A DNA stretch of 23,737 nucleotides. Source: Candidatus Helarchaeota ASGARD archaeon Hel_GB_B. GTDB taxonomy: Archaea; Asgardarchaeota; Lokiarchaeia; Helarchaeales; HEL-GB-B. A program made the translations under genes and the position numbers. Position 1 is the first letter of the stretch. Each line of letters opens with the position of its first letter. The notes under the pieces are model-generated. The model searched no databases. It was not told where the DNA came from and saw nothing but the letters and a program-made list of their open reading frames with translations. The stretch covers positions 1 through 23,737 of the forward strand of contig SUPR01000056.1 of assembly GCA_005191425.1 (NCBI GenBank), written 5' to 3'. Below, in pieces: positions 15,547-23,737 of the stretch.

Positions 15547-16929
15547 TTATAATGATTTCAGATATTGATTAAATTCATACATCATTTTAAAGGCTTTAAT
15601 GGAGTCTTTGATAGAGGGAACAACTGGAATATTATATTTTAAAGCCGTATTTATTATAAAATCAAAGACCCATCTAGAACCAAAACATGATATGACGCAT
15701 GGTTTATTTAATTTTTCCGTGAGATTTTTAATTATTCCAAAAGGCTTTTTAAAAGAATAACCAAAATTTTTTAATGGATTTTTTGGGACAGTAAATATAA
15801 ATAGAATAGAATCAACATTTGGGTCTGCATATAATGCTCTCAAAGCGGGTTCAAGTGTTATAAATTGGGATGGGCCTAAATCTACAGGGTTCTTCAGAGA
15901 TACCCAATTTGGTGCATATTCTTTTATTTGGTCAATAGTATTTTTTTCTAACTTAGCCAGATTTAACCCCTCATGATTAATATAATCACAGGCTAAAATA
16001 CCCAGACTTCCCGACCCTGTTATTATAGCCACGTTCTTACCATTTGGTAAAGGCTGGACCGAAAATATTTTGGCAATATTAAACATTTCATAGAAATCAT
16101 TAACTCGAAAAATACAGTTAAATTGTCTGAAAATTGCGTCATATATTTCATTATTTCCAGCAATTGACCCTGTATGACTTTGAATTGCTCTTGCACTAAT
16201 ATCACTTTTACCATTTTTAACCACAATTATTGGTTTGGTCATTTTTTTAAGAACATTGATAAATTCCTTACCCCTTTTAACTCCTTCTAAATACATTGTT
16301 ATAACTTTTGTATTTTTGTCCTCTTGTAAATATTCAAGAAGGTCTACCTCATCAACGTCCACTTTATTTCCTAACGTTATCGATTTTGAAAAACCAATTT
16401 TTTGACTCATCCCCCAATCGATAAAAACATTTCCAAGAACTCCACTTTGTGCGATAATTGAGATATTTCCCACTAAAATAGGTTCATTAAAATCAACTTC
16501 TGTACTGGTAAATTTATTATAAAAGTTAGTTATTCCTACGCAATTTGGTCCTATTATTCTAACACCTGATTTTTTAGCCAAATTCTCAATTTGTTTTTGC
16601 AGTTTTACATATTTATCAATATTTGTTTCAGCAAAACCAGCAGTCTCTATTATTATACCTTTTACTTTTTTTTCTATACAGTCCTTTACAGCCCCTAAAA
16701 CATTATCATTTTTTACTAATATAATTGCAAGCTCGACCGGCTCAGGTATATCTTTCACATTTTTATATGCTTTATGTCCTAAAATTGTCTCTTTGTATAA
16801 ATGAACAGGATAAGTTTTAAACTTGGAATTTAAAAGATATTGAGTAGTAGGAAACCCAAATTTTAATGTTTCACTTGCTCCAATAATTGCAATAGACTTA
16901 GGTTCAAAAAATATATTTAGTTCATTCAT
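15547..16929 (-). CDS. acdA: ADP-forming acetate/acyl-CoA synthetase alpha subunit (CoA-binding, ACD family)
   Basis: FEPKSIAIIGAS, RIIGPNCVGI, AQSG, LGNKVDV, YLEG, phospho-His motif SHTGSIAG, NPVDLG. Confidence 0.9.
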   Translation of the reverse strand: MNELNIFFEPKSIAIIGASETLKFGFPTTQYLLNSKFKTYPVHLYKETILGHKAYKNVKDIPEPVELAIILVKNDNVLGAVKDCIEKKVKGIIIETAGFAETNIDKYVKLQKQIENLAKKSGVRIIGPNCVGITNFYNKFTSTEVDFNEPILVGNISIIAQSGVLGNVFIDWGMSQKIGFSKSITLGNKVDVDEVDLLEYLQEDKNTKVITMYLEGVKRGKEFINVLKKMTKPIIVVKNGKSDISARAIQSHTGSIAGNNEIYDAIFRQFNCIFRVNDFYEMFNIAKIFSVQPLPNGKNVAIITGSGSLGILACDYINHEGLNLAKLEKNTIDQIKEYAPNWVSLKNPVDLGPSQFITLEPALRALYADPNVDSILFIFTVPKNPLKNFGYSFKKPFGIIKNLTEKLNKPCVISCFGSRWVFDFIINTALKYNIPVVPSIKDSIKAFKMMYEFNQYLKSL

Positions 16930-17129
16930 TTTCTATTGACCACTTAATTGATAATTTAATTTTTATGTAAACTCTTTTAAATATTAATTATAAATACCAA
17001 ATTTCTATTAATCTAATAATAAAAATCTTGAGGTACTATTTGGTCTTTAAAAAACTATTTACATTAATTAGGATTACTCTTGTCGCTACTAAAATAATTA
17101 AATCCTAAATTAAATAAGTTTAAAGCAAT

Positions 17130-17504
17130 CTATTTAGTAATTAAGGTGCCTATCATAACGGCTGACCACCAAATTTCCATAAATAATGTTTTATAGACGA
17201 ATGCAAAAGGTGAAATCCAAATTACCGAAAATATCCAGATAATAGCAAAAATATATGCTAATAATGTTGTGATTATATGTAAAATGATCACTTTATTGTT
17301 CTTTTTTTCGGTATCTTCCAGTTTCATCCATCCAGTCGGAAGTGGTAACCAATCAAAGACTGCACCAATTAAAATTAAATACCATAAATCGAAAATAACA
17401 GCAAATATGAATAATAGACCTGCTGCTGCTACACATGACAAGGTTTTAATCTGATTTTTCATATAAAAAATTGAAAGGTCAATTGATTTAAATTTATTCA
17501 TCAT
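17130..17504 (-). CDS. Small hypothetical membrane protein (3-4 TM)
   Basis: Hydrophobic segments flank a short polar loop (MKLEDTEKKNNK). No family recognised. Confidence 0.65.
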   Translation of the reverse strand: MMNKFKSIDLSIFYMKNQIKTLSCVAAAGLLFIFAVIFDLWYLILIGAVFDWLPLPTGWMKLEDTEKKNNKVIILHIITTLLAYIFAIIWIFSVIWISPFAFVYKTLFMEIWWSAVMIGTLITK

Positions 17505-17660
17505 AATTGCAAATTCTTATTATTGGTTCTTATAAATTCTTAAATATGATAAAAAAATATCAATTTCATTTGTTTTTTTTGGGTTAAAAATCAATTTATA
17601 ATTCTATATACTCGAAAAATCTTTTATAAATGGCTTTTAATTTTTAACTTATTGTTTTAT

Positions 17661-17807
17661 TGGCGTTTGGGGGCTCACAGCATATCGAAAGTATAGATAT
17701 TCTGAATCCGGATAATTGAAATCATATACTAATCTAGTATCAAGTAATATTTTTTGGATAAAAGAAGATATATCTATAAATATTATTATTCTGTGGTTAA
17801 TACGCCA
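17661..17807 (+). ncRNA. Candidate structured RNA: ~150-nt imperfect rod-like hairpin
   Basis: Nested stems: TGGCGT/ACGCCA, CACAG/CTGTG, TATAGATAT/ATATCTATA, TCT/AGA, ATCC/GGAT and ATACTA/TAGTAT. All are centred near 17733. A TATA-like TTTATAAA lies at 17623-17630. Confidence 0.4.
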
Positions 17808-18099
17808 CATTGCTATGATTTAAAATGAATAATAATTCTCTCTTTATAGTAAAGAGGAAAAAACCGTTATATAAATGTAGGAAGGTTCATTTAAAATTTA
17901 TTTCAAACTTTATTCCATCCTTACTTAATTTTAATTAAATGTTTAATAAGAATTTATTTATTATTTTATTTATTTTTATAATGTAAATCCGTCTTGATTA
18001 TTATATCCGTAAGATATCTGTTGATTAAAAGCGAAAATTATTCCACTCTGATTTATCATTTTATTTAAATACCATCTTCTCTATAATTTTTAATGTATC

Positions 18100-18120
18100 G
18101 AACTTAAGTTCTTTTATAAT
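18100..18120 (+). promoter_or_regulatory. 12-bp palindrome plus TATA box upstream of the nucleoside phosphorylase gene
   Basis: GAACTTAAGTTC (18100-18111) then TTTATAAT (18113-18120), 24 bp before the ATG at 18145. Confidence 0.45.
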
Positions 18121-18144
18121 TCTTAAAAAAATAAATAGATAAAA

Positions 18145-18918
18145 ATGACGCATCTAAAAAGCAAATTAATATCTTTTTTTACGAATTTAGGACTGAAATT
18201 TATGAATGAAGATTTGAAAATTTCCTATATGATTTTAAACTGCAGACCTTCTCAAATCTCGGAAATAGTAATAGTCCCAATAGTCAAGTTTATTATTAAC
18301 AAATTTAAAAATAATCTTTCAAATGTTTCAATGCATGGAATTACATATAAAGGTAAATATAATGGTAAAGTCATATCTATTGTTCCAGCGACAATGGGTG
18401 CTCCAGCGGCAGCGGTACTAATGGAAGCGTTAAATAAGACAAAAGCAAAATATATCTTAAAAGTAGATTATTGTGGTGGACTGACTCCAGATATTAATAT
18501 TGGCGATATATTAGTCGCTGATAAAGCTATTTGCGGTGATGGAACAACTACTCATTACAATAATAATTTGAAATTTATCGAAAGCGACCCTGATCTTCTG
18601 TTTGGACTGCAAAAATTTTTTGACCAAAAGAAAATTAAATTCAAAACAGGGCCAATTTATACAACTGACGCTATTTTCAGGGAAACAGAAGAATTATTGA
18701 ACGAAGCAAAAAAATTAGGGGCAATATCTATTGATATGGAGACTTCGATATTGTATTTACTGGGAAAATTATATGATAAGAAAGTAATTTCGATAAATAT
18801 AGTTAGTGATAAACCCGATCCAAAAAAGAAATTTGATTTAAAAATAAATTCTCAATTGATTGATAATATGGAACTTTTAGTTAAAAGTGTACTTGAGTTT
18901 GTCAGTGGATTTTCATAA
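18145..18918 (+). CDS. Nucleoside phosphorylase (PNP/UDP family, DeoD/Udp-like)
   Basis: MGAPAAAVLMEAL, CGGL...IGDILV...GDGTT.HY, GPIYTTDAIFRET, IDMETS, IVSD. Confidence 0.9.
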   Translation: MTHLKSKLISFFTNLGLKFMNEDLKISYMILNCRPSQISEIVIVPIVKFIINKFKNNLSNVSMHGITYKGKYNGKVISIVPATMGAPAAAVLMEALNKTKAKYILKVDYCGGLTPDINIGDILVADKAICGDGTTTHYNNNLKFIESDPDLLFGLQKFFDQKKIKFKTGPIYTTDAIFRETEELLNEAKKLGAISIDMETSILYLLGKLYDKKVISINIVSDKPDPKKKFDLKINSQLIDNMELLVKSVLEFVSGFS

Positions 18919-18935
18919 TTAAAACTTATTTGGAA

Positions 18936-20126
18936 TTAGATTACATTTTTCTTTTTGAGTTCTTTTATTTTTTCTTCAGGATAATTTAAAAGTTCTTTTA
19001 GTATCTCCTTTGAATCTTGTCCGACTTTCATTGCTGCTCCAAATCTAATTTCAGGTTTAGTATCACTGAACTTTATAGGGAACCCTAATTGTTTAACAAT
19101 ACCATCACCAGTTTTTACATCTATAATTAAATTTCTGGCTTGAATTTGTGGATCATTCGGCACTTCTTCTATTTCATAAAGTGGAGTGACACATACTTCT
19201 TTTTCCATTAAATCTTTTACCCACTCATCCCGAGTTTTCGTTAGAAACTTTTTAGCTAGTTTTTGCTTGATTGAATCAGCACTATCTACTCCACCTTTTA
19301 TCTCAACATTTAATTCCTTATATAATTTATTATGAAATTTAGGCTCTAACGCCCCTACTGCAAGAAATTTATTGTCCTTAGTTTTGAATATTTGATAGCT
19401 CGGAGTTGCTCCGCATAGTGTCATTTGATCTAAAATCGGGATCCATTCTTCTCCTCCAGCTAGATATTGCCCTAATGGCATTGATAATAATGAAAATGCA
19501 CCGTCAGTCATCGAAATATCTAGAAATTGACCTTTACCAGTTTTATTTCTTGATATTAGTGCCATCAAAATTGCTATTACACTATATAACCCGCCTCCGA
19601 TCATATCAGCAAGTTGGAGTCCGGGTAATATTGGGCCTTCTTTGTCCCGTATTGTCGCTCCGACCCCTGATATTCCTATATAATTTAAATCATGCCCTGG
19701 GTAGTATTTATAGGGACCGGTTTCACCATAACCTGTGATCGAACAATAAATAATTTTCTCATTTACCTTTTTTAAAGTTTCATAATCAATACCTAACCGT
19801 TCAACAACTCCAGGTCTAAATTGGAACGCAATAACATCCGAAATTTTTACAAGTTCTTTTAAAATTTTTACTCCTTCTGGAGCACTTAAATTTAAACTTA
19901 AATTCTTTTTGTTTCTGTTTAGAAAATGATAAAAATAGCTCCATTTACCTTTTTTTCCATCCGCTTTTTTAACAAATGGTGGTAAATATCTTGACATATC
20001 TGGCTTACTTTTATATTCAATCTTAATAACTTCTGCTCCATAATCGGCTAATAACCTCATACCAAAAGGGCCTGGAAATAGTGAAGTAACGTCCAAAACT
20101 CTAATTCCATCTAATGGTCCAGTCAT
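18936..20126 (-). CDS. Family III CoA-transferase (CaiB/BaiF; alpha-methylacyl-CoA racemase-like)
   Basis: GPLDGIRVLD...PGPF...LADYGAEVIKIE, NRNKK, FRPGVVERLGIDYE, SITGYGETGPY, GHDLNY, QLADMIGGG. Confidence 0.93.
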   Translation of the reverse strand: MTGPLDGIRVLDVTSLFPGPFGMRLLADYGAEVIKIEYKSKPDMSRYLPPFVKKADGKKGKWSYFYHFLNRNKKNLSLNLSAPEGVKILKELVKISDVIAFQFRPGVVERLGIDYETLKKVNEKIIYCSITGYGETGPYKYYPGHDLNYIGISGVGATIRDKEGPILPGLQLADMIGGGLYSVIAILMALISRNKTGKGQFLDISMTDGAFSLLSMPLGQYLAGGEEWIPILDQMTLCGATPSYQIFKTKDNKFLAVGALEPKFHNKLYKELNVEIKGGVDSADSIKQKLAKKFLTKTRDEWVKDLMEKEVCVTPLYEIEEVPNDPQIQARNLIIDVKTGDGIVKQLGFPIKFSDTKPEIRFGAAMKVGQDSKEILKELLNYPEEKIKELKKKNVI

Positions 20127-20221
20127 AATTTGAATCTCCTAAATCTTTTTTTAAATTATATTACTCTAAAAACTCTTTAATTTTGAAATTATAATTTCAG
20201 ATTATTAAATAAAAGTATGAT

Positions 20222-20806
20222 TTAAAATTTTTCGTAATGGACTATTTCAGAGAGTTGTTTCCTACTTGTTTTTACAATGCCATCGGCAGCTGGATAACCT
20301 AATGGTGTAATGGTTATTAATTTGATTTTACCAAAGAGTTTTTCGGGGATACCTAAAATTTTATTGATATTTTTTTCAAGTTCGGGATTTTTCTCGATAT
20401 TTGGCCAACACGCGCACCAACATGTCCCCAGTCCTCTAGCAGCAGCTTCTAAAGTAATGTGCGTCATCGCTATTACACCATCAACAATCGCCCACATCGA
20501 TTTAAGGTGGACTAATATTGCTATTGCTATCGGTGCATTTTTAATAAATCGACCCCAAGGAAGCATCTCTGCCAACTTTTTTTGAGTGTCTTTATTTTTA
20601 ATGACAATAAAATGCCAAGGCTGTTTATTTGTCCCAGAAGGTGCCCACCTGGCAGCTTCAAGGACACCATTCAAATCCTCATCAGATACACTTGTATTTT
20701 CAAATTTTCGGACACTATGTCTCGCTTTTATTATTTCTAATATTGAGTTTTTTTCCGTCAATTTACCAACCATCATTTTTTTACTAATTGAGTTATAAGT
20801 TAACAT
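20222..20806 (-). CDS. Nitroreductase family protein (start may be ATG at 20776)
   Basis: IKARHSVRKF, ARWAPSGTNKQPWHFIVI, AAARGLGTCW, LGYP, RKQLSEIVH. Confidence 0.92.
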   Translation of the reverse strand: MLTYNSISKKMMVGKLTEKNSILEIIKARHSVRKFENTSVSDEDLNGVLEAARWAPSGTNKQPWHFIVIKNKDTQKKLAEMLPWGRFIKNAPIAIAILVHLKSMWAIVDGVIAMTHITLEAAARGLGTCWCACWPNIEKNPELEKNINKILGIPEKLFGKIKLITITPLGYPAADGIVKTSRKQLSEIVHYEKF

Positions 20807-20978
20807 TTATTTTACAAAACTTATAAGACTTAAAATTTTTTTAATAAAAATTAATATTTATCTAAATTTAAAATCATCTACAGATAAATATATTAATATT
20901 TCAAGTGCTAAAATAATAAAATTAGTAATTATGTGAAAAATCCAAGATAAAAATAAATATTTATAGGGATGATATTTT

Positions 20979-22097
20979 ATGAACAAACGAACTTTTCTAA
21001 TTTCTGCATTTCTCTTTTTTATGATCCTAATTCCAGTTACCATAAATTCGGCAGGTAATTCTAATATTGGCTATTTGGACACAACAAATTCTTCAGGGTT
21101 TTATGAAGATGTAGTTGTAGGTACAAATTACGTATACTTAGCACAAGATGGTGTAAATGACGCAGGACTTGTTATAATTTCAATTAATGACCATGGATAT
21201 CCAACTATCATAGGAAAGGGAATCAGGGATTCTGGCGATAGTGTCCACTGCGTCTCTGTAAACAGCGCAGAAACTGTGGCAGTTATTGGTGCTAGCTCTA
21301 AATTGTACATTTATAATATTACAAACAAATCAAATCCAATTAGGACAGATGTAATCACAATTGGTAGCACTGTTTATGACGTTCAAATCGTAGGTGATTT
21401 AGCTTATCTTGCTGCTTTTAGCACCGGTTTACCTGTTGTTAATATATCTGATATCAATAATGGTACAATTATCTTCAATGGAAAATATCCGTCTTATAAT
21501 GACCACTGGATGCAAGGACTTTACGTCGACACTTCAAGGAATTTAATTTATGGTGCGGGTGGTGGTGATATTATTATTTTCCAAATTAATTCCAGTAAAC
21601 TACCGGACAACCCTGCATATTTATCATTGACTTCTGGTACTACTTATTCTGTAAGTAAAATTGATGATAACAAAATAACAATTGGAGATGGCAACGGAAA
21701 TGTTTATTTGATTAATATACAAAATCCAAACAGTCCAAGTCTTATTTCTAGTAGTAAAGTAAGTGATTCCATCATTTATGAATTAGTATATTCAGGAAAT
21801 AATTTTATATTACTTGCGGATTATGCATATGGATTAATCGTTTCAAATATTGGATATGGAACACCAGTAATCTTTAAAAAAATGTTACCAAGTTATAATG
21901 GTTATGGACTCGCAATAAAAAATAATTTTGTTTTAATAGCTGGAGGTAGTTATGGCCTTTATATTTACAGTTATTCTGATTGTGTAACTAACTATTCATC
22001 AATAAATATTCCTGGGTTCACTCTCTTTTATATTATTTTACCAATATTGGCAGTTGCACCTATTGTGATCTATCGAAATCATAAAAGGAAATTTTAA
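20979..22097 (+). CDS. Secreted LVIVD-repeat beta-propeller surface protein with a C-terminal IPGF-TM-basic (Loki/PGF-CTERM-type) sorting signal
   Basis: Signal peptide MNKRTFLISAFLFFMILIP. Repeats include YVYLA..GLVIISI, LYIYNITNKSNP, YLAAFSTGLPVVNI and GLYIY. The tail is NIPGFTLFYIILPILAVAPIVIYRNHKRKF. Confidence 0.85.
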   Translation: MNKRTFLISAFLFFMILIPVTINSAGNSNIGYLDTTNSSGFYEDVVVGTNYVYLAQDGVNDAGLVIISINDHGYPTIIGKGIRDSGDSVHCVSVNSAETVAVIGASSKLYIYNITNKSNPIRTDVITIGSTVYDVQIVGDLAYLAAFSTGLPVVNISDINNGTIIFNGKYPSYNDHWMQGLYVDTSRNLIYGAGGGDIIIFQINSSKLPDNPAYLSLTSGTTYSVSKIDDNKITIGDGNGNVYLINIQNPNSPSLISSSKVSDSIIYELVYSGNNFILLADYAYGLIVSNIGYGTPVIFKKMLPSYNGYGLAIKNNFVLIAGGSYGLYIYSYSDCVTNYSSINIPGFTLFYIILPILAVAPIVIYRNHKRKF

Positions 22098-22249
22098 ATT
22101 CAAAACATATTTTATTTTTTTTAAATTAAAAAGGTCTTGTTAATTTTGCTGAACTATCTAAATACTTAGATTAAATAACATATCATTTATAAACAAGGAG
22201 TTGAATTGATACGGAGAAAAATAAATCAAGAGCTACAATATTTAGGTTA

Positions 22250-22765
22250 ATGTCTTTTGTCCCGATTTTAATATTATTATGGTTAGTTATGCTGATTTTC
22301 AAGCCAAGTTATGAAAATATAATTGCTGGAATAGTTTCTGGAGTTACAATTGCAATTCATGATTTTATCATTGAATATTATGCATATAAACGTGGGTTGT
22401 GGTATTGTTATGGAGGTTTTCAGCAGGTAGGTAAATATAATTTACATGTACCAATTGACATGAGTGTTCTTTTTTTCATTGGCGGTTTTGTTCTGGGTAA
22501 TTTTTCAATTTTTCCAATTTATATTCGAGAACATGGACTGATAACAGATCCTATTATTATAAGTCCTTATTTGGACATAGTTTGGATTTTTCTGGCATTA
22601 ATTATTCTAGCGTTTATTGGTGCTGGTATGGATTTTTTATCAAAGAAATTTGGGGTTTGGGAAAATGGCAGGACATGGACTTACTGGAAATGCGCAATTT
22701 ACGCCTGGTTTCCACTTCTGGCTTTTTCAGTTATAATGAATTATTTGACTTTAATTTTAATATAA
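22250..22765 (+). CDS. Hypothetical membrane protein with a duplicated D-x(4-8)-G-x-W motif
   Basis: About 5 TM segments; HDFIIEYYAYKRGLWYCYGG and MDFLSKKFGVWENG. Confidence 0.7.
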   Translation: MSFVPILILLWLVMLIFKPSYENIIAGIVSGVTIAIHDFIIEYYAYKRGLWYCYGGFQQVGKYNLHVPIDMSVLFFIGGFVLGNFSIFPIYIREHGLITDPIIISPYLDIVWIFLALIILAFIGAGMDFLSKKFGVWENGRTWTYWKCAIYAWFPLLAFSVIMNYLTLILI

Positions 22766-22788
22766 AAAACAGAAATAATGGTTTTTAT

Positions 22789-23737
22789 TTATTTATAAAA
22801 TCCAAAAACTTCTGCAATCACACTATATGCGACTTGAAATTTTGTCAAATCGCCAGTCCAATTCTCCAATTCTTTTCCATATCGTTTTTCGAAAATAGAT
22901 AAAAATTTCTTTAATTTATATCGTATATCAAATGTTTCTTTATTAGCAATAAGAATAGCATTCGAATATTTTCCATATTCTATCATAATTTTCCCCTCTT
23001 CATAATCTATCGTTTTCAAGTGTTTTTTAGTCTCAAAAGTCTCGGATATTAAGCCAGAAACTCCAGCAAGTGCAGACATAGCCAATGTAGAGTCAATTTT
23101 AAGAGGAGAAAAATGACTTTCTACTAATACTCGTCCGTCAGGGGAGGTCAAAAATATTCCCATAATTTTAACATTTCTCGAAAGGGATATATCAATCGAT
23201 TCAGCAGCTATTATTAAAGGTGCAATGCTTAAAAGAACTCCAAAAATTACTATTAAAGATATTTGAGGAATATAGGAAATAATTGAAATTGTGGAGATAA
23301 AATTGATATAAATTATTTGGCTAAAAATGATAGCTGAAGTAGTAGATAAGTATAAAAAAGAATTATAACTACCTTTCGAGCGTGGCCCTGCGAAGTCTGC
23401 ACAAATAACTGGCTCAATCATCAAATCTAATCCATTTCCCGCTGAAGCTAGGATTATTACAGGTACCATTGACATAAAGCTAAAATCAGTTAAAAAAAGC
23501 CCGAAAATAAAGAAACTACCGCCCAATATAATTGATGTAGTTAATATACTCCTTTTTCTACTCCATTTATCTGTAATTATTCCCCCTACTATTGCCATAA
23601 TGCTCAAGCAAATGGTAAAAATTAAAGCCGTATAAAATATGTCCTCGGAGTTATTAATCAAAATCTGGATGAAAGATAAAGATATAATTAGAAAAAAGAA
23701 CGACAACGCATATAATAAAAACTGCTTGTCCTTATAT
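22789..23737 (-). CDS. MFS-type transporter C-terminal half fused to an Asgard-type longin-like domain; 5' end lies outside the window
   Basis: The frame stays open upstream of the track's TTG to the window edge (YKDKQFLLYAL...). MFS motif-A-like GGIITDKWSRKR. The C-terminal soluble domain reads GIFLTSPDGRVL...DSTLAMSALAGVSGLISETF...WTGDLTKF. Confidence 0.78.
   Translation of the reverse strand, partial: YKDKQFLLYALSFFFLIISLSFIQILINNSEDIFYTALIFTICLSIMAIVGGIITDKWSRKRSILTTSIILGGSFFIFGLFLTDFSFMSMVPVIILASAGNGLDLMIEPVICADFAGPRSKGSYNSFLYLSTTSAIIFSQIIYINFISTISIISYIPQISLIVIFGVLLSIAPLIIAAESIDISLSRNVKIMGIFLTSPDGRVLVESHFSPLKIDSTLAMSALAGVSGLISETFETKKHLKTIDYEEGKIMIEYGKYSNAILIANKETFDIRYKLKKFLSIFEKRYGKELENWTGDLTKFQVAYSVIAEVFGFYK

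Noticed and set aside
17661-17807. Hairpin read as tRNA, SRP RNA, RNase P RNA or SECIS
   Set aside because: There is no cloverleaf/T-loop, SRP helix-8 or RNase P conserved motif, and it is not in the 3' UTR of a selenoprotein gene. It is kept only as an unclassified candidate.
1371-22902. Short track ORFs overlapping longer genes (e.g. 1371-1619, 2612-2824, 2757-3248, 4300-4620, 5046-5231, 5470-5670, 5790-6020, 6313-6525, 6723-6947, 8449-8862, 8866-9195, 11115-11327, 11263-11445, 11442-11909, 13916-14125, 16023-16226, 17269-17454, 19406-19738, 20310-20585, 20586-20798, 20858-21043, 21128-21310, 22582-22902)
   Set aside because: They are antisense or off-frame shadows of better-supported genes and carry no recognisable motifs.

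Overview
Strongly AT-rich window, most consistent with an Asgard archaeal (Lokiarchaeia-like) chromosome. This lineage is inferred from archaeal TATA/BRE-like promoters, a Get3-type ATPase, two Asgard-type longin-like domains, a mu-homology-like protein and an IPGF (Loki/PGF-CTERM-type) sorting tail. In order, the window holds: two tandem CTP-dependent polyprenol/DAG-kinase-family paralogs (one missing from the ORF track); Get3/ArsA; a PadR-Hsp20 operon with three 14-bp repeats over its promoter; a carbohydrate-active/repair group (GH42-like TIM barrel, NADAR, PIG-L deacetylase, GH43-like propeller); and a 593-aa mu-homology-like all-beta protein. Next is a partly decayed cassette of radical SAM/SPASM, LRR pseudogene and an FVTNSSSSS-motif protein, which abuts a degenerate copy of the 3' end of the GH gene. 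After it come a triple-wHTH/longin fusion, an ADP-forming acyl-CoA synthetase alpha subunit, a candidate ~150-nt rod-like structured RNA, a nucleoside phosphorylase, a family III CoA-transferase, a nitroreductase, an LVIVD surface protein and an MFS/longin fusion running off the right edge. No rRNA, tRNA, CRISPR array or transposase was seen. All family calls come from motif recognition by eye; no searches were run.
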